Source: Stylophora pistillata (taxonomy: Eukaryota). From it: a stretch of DNA of 64,000 nt. The position numbers and the translations under genes were made by a program. Each line of letters starts with the position of its first letter. Within the stretch, counting starts at the first letter, position 1. The notes under the pieces were generated by a model. It saw nothing but the letters and a program-made list of their open reading frames with translations, was not told the origin of the DNA and did no database searches. The stretch covers positions 132,552 to 196,551 of the forward strand of contig NW_019217914.1 in assembly GCF_002571385.2 (NCBI RefSeq), read 5' to 3'. Below are positions 60,301 through 64,000 of the stretch, one piece after another.

Positions 60301-62733
60301 ACAAGCTTCCTACTCACTGCTAGAATGATGCATCCTGTCCATATAGAAAGAGAAATTTTGAGCTTGATCTTTTAATAAAGAAGAGAACAAGTAACTTTTG
60401 TTTGTTGTGTGTTACTAAATCTGTACTTATAAAATGTAAGTTTCACCGTCCCAAAGTGATGTAAAAAGATAACTTTGTTAGTGAACTGCTATCAGAGAAT
60501 AATGCAACGCACTAATATATAGATTTAGCCAAGCCTAAAAGTGGAGCTCCCAAGTTTGTAATATTAATGATAACATAAAAGATGTGCATTTGCCAAGACT
60601 CGCCTGAGTCACCCCTCCCTTTGTTTTGATAGTCTCCCCCCACCCTACCCGTGCAATCTGAGGGCACGTATGTACGTACACTTGGTCAGTCACATGACAA
60701 CCAAACGAAAAGAGGTTGACCATATTCCATGGGTATGGGGCTCTGCCCCATGGCGTAGGAGCCCCGGTATAATTGTGTTTGTAGTTATCACATGTGTAAT
60801 CAATCTTTATTTGTCAGGTGATGGATTCTACATTGGTGTTGGTGGTGGCATTGGTCAGCATGGTTGGTGTCATTTACAAAATATTCTTCAAGACAAACAG
60901 TACAATGTTAAGTTTGAAGATCATTCAGAGAAAATGGGCATGTTGAGTGTTCAAGGGCCCAGAAGGTACATATTGACACACCAAAAAAGAAAACCTTATT
61001 GTCTAAGATTGCAGTGTGCATTGTTTTGATGTTACGTCTATTTGGGTCTCAGCTCTCTCCATACCCACCCTCTTTCCCAAAAAAAAAATACCTCTAAACT
61101 GAAAGTGGTTGGGATTGATTCTTGACACTCTGCCCCTTTCTTCATTTCTCTAAGGGTTGATAACAACAACAAAAAAAAGATTAATGGCTGCTTACATAGG
61201 GATTCATAGCCTTTTTCTTAATATTTTACTTGCTGTACTCTTTATTTTCAGTCGCGAGCTGCTTCAGTGCCTGACCTCTGCAGATCTCAGCAATGATGCA
61301 TTTCCTTTCTCTACGCACAAAATCATCAATGTTTCTGGCCATGATGTTCGTGCCCTGAGAATCACTTTTGTTGGTGAACTTGGTTGGGAGTTGCACATCC
61401 CAAATGACTCCTGTATACCTGTTTACAAAGCACTTATGGAAGCTGGTAAAGAGTTTGGTCTTGTCAATGGTGGCTACAGGGCCCTTGACTCACTCAGTGC
61501 TGAGAAAGGATATAAACACTGGCACCAGGATCTACGGCATGATGACACCCCACTTGAGGCTGGCTTGGGATTTACCTGTAAACTGAAGTCAGGTACCCCG
61601 TTCCTTGGGAGAGAAGCTCTTGAAAAACAAAAAGCTGAGGGTCTCAAAAAGAAACTAGTTTGCTTTACTATTGACGAGTAAGTAAATGAACACTAAACTT
61701 TATGACTGGTTTTGATTGTGAGAAACGGGAAAAACATTGAATTCTTAGGTTTTATCCCAAGGACTGTTGCATGCCTCTTACTAACCTAGTGCAAGGTCGG
61801 CACTGTAAGTCTCTTTTCCACTTGCATTTAGGTTTAGTTTTTTTTTTTTTTGGCTTAGTTAGGTTAGTAAGATATTTATTTAACTAGAAGGGGAAGATTT
61901 AAATTCTAACATACTTTTGAACTCATTCTAACTGAGAGATACAATAACACTTAATTCATAGCAACTCCATTTTTGTAAATAAATTGGCATAACTTTCAAA
62001 TGAAAAAGGCTATTAACTATACAAAGGACTACTACATGTACTCCAAGTGACAAGGCTAAAATAGGGGCAAGGCAGTGAAAAGAGAGTTTAAGTTTCTTAC
62101 CGAGTGAGTAGTGAAGGGCATTTTATTTTAAATGATTCACTTTCCATAAATGAACAGGGACAAAGAAATTGATGATTTTGTGTCAGTGTGGAATATGTAA
62201 AGTCAGAGTTCTCCTAAAGGATCTAAACCTTAGACCTTCAGATTCTGTGGTTGAATGCTGTTCCAACTGAGTCACAGAGAAATCCTGAGTAAGCTTGGCC
62301 AAACATTAAGGCCATAAATGCACCATCTAGCATTCTGCTAAGATCAGCAATGTTAAAGATATTACAGGTATGTTTTAGAAAAGACTAAGAAAGAAGGGAA
62401 ACAGTCACTAAGGTAGTTTGACCATATGATGCTTTGATTTTTTTTTTTAGTCACAAAGCTCTTTTGGGTCTTGAAGCAATTTGGCGAGATGACCAAGTGG
62501 TTGGTTTCATCCGAAGAGGAGAGTTTGGATATGCTATTGGCAAAAGCCTGGCTTATGGATATGTGAGAGATCCCAGTGGAAAACCTGTCACAACAGAGTT
62601 CTTGAAGACAGGAAAATATACCATTGAATCTATGGGAGAGCTGTTTCCTGCCAAAATACACCTGAAAGCACCATTTGATCCAAAAAATCTTAGAGTACAA
62701 GGAATTTATGATGATGAAGCCCTCCCAAGTTAG
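51367..62733 (+). CDS. SARDH: Sarcosine dehydrogenase, mitochondrial, 918 aa, 13 exons
   Basis: Exons 51367-51504, 52562-52912, 53861-54040, 54389-54718, 55331-55638, 56430-56571, 57471-57554, 58528-58641, 59297-59435, 59768-59881, 60818-60965, 61252-61677 and 62451-62733 (2757 nt). Motifs [10 protein letters not shown] (FAD), [12 protein letters not shown] (covalent-FAD His), [24 protein letters not shown] and GELGWELH, plus a basic N-terminal presequence. Confidence 0.97.
53519..53606. repeat. Tandem duplication, ~41 bp x2
   Basis: aaatagcatatagaggttgttatcaacac(t/c)aacagtgtga repeated. Confidence 0.85.
54895..55299 (-). mobile_element. Tandemly duplicated (195-bp period) RTE-like LINE 3' remnant in SARDH intron 4
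   Basis: taaggcatcaaccat at 54911 and 55106. The minus strand encodes [13 protein letters not shown], a typical RTE C-terminus. Confidence 0.6.
55690..55921. mobile_element. tRNA-derived fold-back element, second copy
   Basis: tRNA-like unit 55776-55848, nearly identical to 139-211, bounded by inverted repeats acgtatgacgcacgatcctcgcagta / tactgcgaggatcttgcatcatgcgt. Confidence 0.8.
56732..57337. mobile_element. Second copy of the TTAA-flanked piggyBac-like element
   Basis: TTAA at 56732-56735 and 57334-57337. Colinear with 24755-25382 apart from a ~30-bp internal deletion. Confidence 0.88.
58894..59054. mobile_element. Imperfect palindromic element
   Basis: acaattattggat / atccaataattgt and gatagtgataattatcaaggc / gccttgataattatcgctatc. 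Confidence 0.7.
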
Positions 62734-64000
62734 AGCACTGCTTCCAATTGATTCTGACATCATAAAAAACTTGTGCACAACTTTTGATACTATATTCTAG
62801 TTGGTTATCATTTTTTCTTTTTTTCTTTTGTTGTGGGGCATAACAAGAGTGAGTGAAATTGACAATTTCTTGCATACATATGTAGCAAATTTAACTTGTA
62901 ATATCCAATCAAAATCAAAACTGATGTAGAGTTTTTGTGAATTCCATTTGGTTTCTGACCAAATCCAATGTTATTCTTGTGACTACATACATACACTTTC
63001 AACTAATCAAGCGGTGCTAAACCTTTCCATGTTGAGAATTAATGCCTGTTATAACTACATCCAGTAAAGTGGCAGATCAAAGAAGGGCCTCCCTTAAGTT
63101 TAGACTGCCGAACTACCTTAAATACTTTTAAAGGTCAACTTTATTAAAGCAGTTCTTTTGTTATGTTTTTCAAGGTCAAAATTCCACTTTGTTAGACTGA
63201 CTTAGTGTATTACAATGGAGCAATTAGTTATATTTCCTAAAATTGTAAATAGAATATGTGAACATGTTTGCCAGTGTGGAAGGCATCTCTGTCTCTGTAC
63301 GAGACAAAAAATAATAAGCTGATGAGCTAGTATGGCATAGTTTAGGGTGAAATAAAAGTCAAACAGATAGAAAAAAAAGACTTTTTTTTTTCATTTTACT
63401 TCTTTGGTAAAGTATGTTTGGCTTGTACAGCATCATTTAAGAAAAGTGTTCATAAGTAAATGAACTTGACCCAGTTGTTCAAAGGATGGATTACGCTATC
63501 CAGTGCATAAACAACCTGGTGGATAAGCAGTAATGTAGCATACTCCACAATCCGCCTGGTAAAGATTTATGTAGTGGATGGCATTATCTACCCTGAACTC
63601 TCATAAAGCTACCAGGTAAGAAAAAAAGGAATTTCATTTTACTTCCCTTACTAAAATTGAAAAGGATTAATTTTGTAACTCTGAGGTAAAAAATGTGGTA
63701 TCTCCAAGCAAATAGTCAACAGCAGAACACTTCCCCCTCCAAAAGTTATGAATATTTATTTCAAAATAACTGAAAAGTCAGGTTCTATATTTTAGAGTGT
63801 ATTCACCACTAATAAAAATTATAAACATCATTTAGTGATCAGAAAAAGGGTGTCTAAATATACAACACAGGACTCTGGTAAAAATAAAGGAGCAGATACG
63901 TTGCCAGATAATAGTTTCCCTTTCTTTAATTTTTAATTTGGCTTTTGCAATCTGTAAAGAGATGCTATTGGTAGAACCTAAACTTGTACTTTAATTTGCT

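Noticed and set aside
62362-62778. 138-aa minus-strand ORF
   Set aside because: Antisense shadow of the last SARDH exon.

Overview
Eukaryotic, AT-rich, intron-containing animal DNA. The repeat families and gene structures point to a scleractinian coral such as Pocillopora (inference; no database was consulted). Reading splice sites by hand gives these protein-coding loci: the last exon of URM1 (+), RPL35 (-), an LDAF1/promethin-like gene (+), a 718-aa orphan coiled-coil/low-complexity gene (-), TADA1 (-, with a GC-AG intron and a same-strand ORF nested in one intron), a type-I membrane mucin-like gene (+), a dienelactone-hydrolase/Usf-like gene (-), a Ca-binding mitochondrial carrier SCaMC/SLC25A23-25 (-) and sarcosine dehydrogenase SARDH (+). 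Introns and spacers are full of TTAA-type MITEs, long palindromic elements, tRNA-derived elements, L2/CR1, RTE, Penelope and BEL/Pao fragments. There is one 110-N assembly gap (50528-50637). The most notable points are: (i) an intronless coiled-coil/tail-anchor ORF nested in TADA1 on the same strand, which could also be an in-frame alternative last exon; (ii) two adjacent SINEs that share a central body but carry 3' tails matching two different LINE ends elsewhere in the window; (iii) a Penelope hammerhead ribozyme with a compensatory U3-A8 core; (iv) tRNA-based fold-back elements and palindromes whose two arms co-evolve; (v) clustering of genes whose human orthologues lie on 9q33-34/1q24. No prokaryote-style system (CRISPR, operon) is present.
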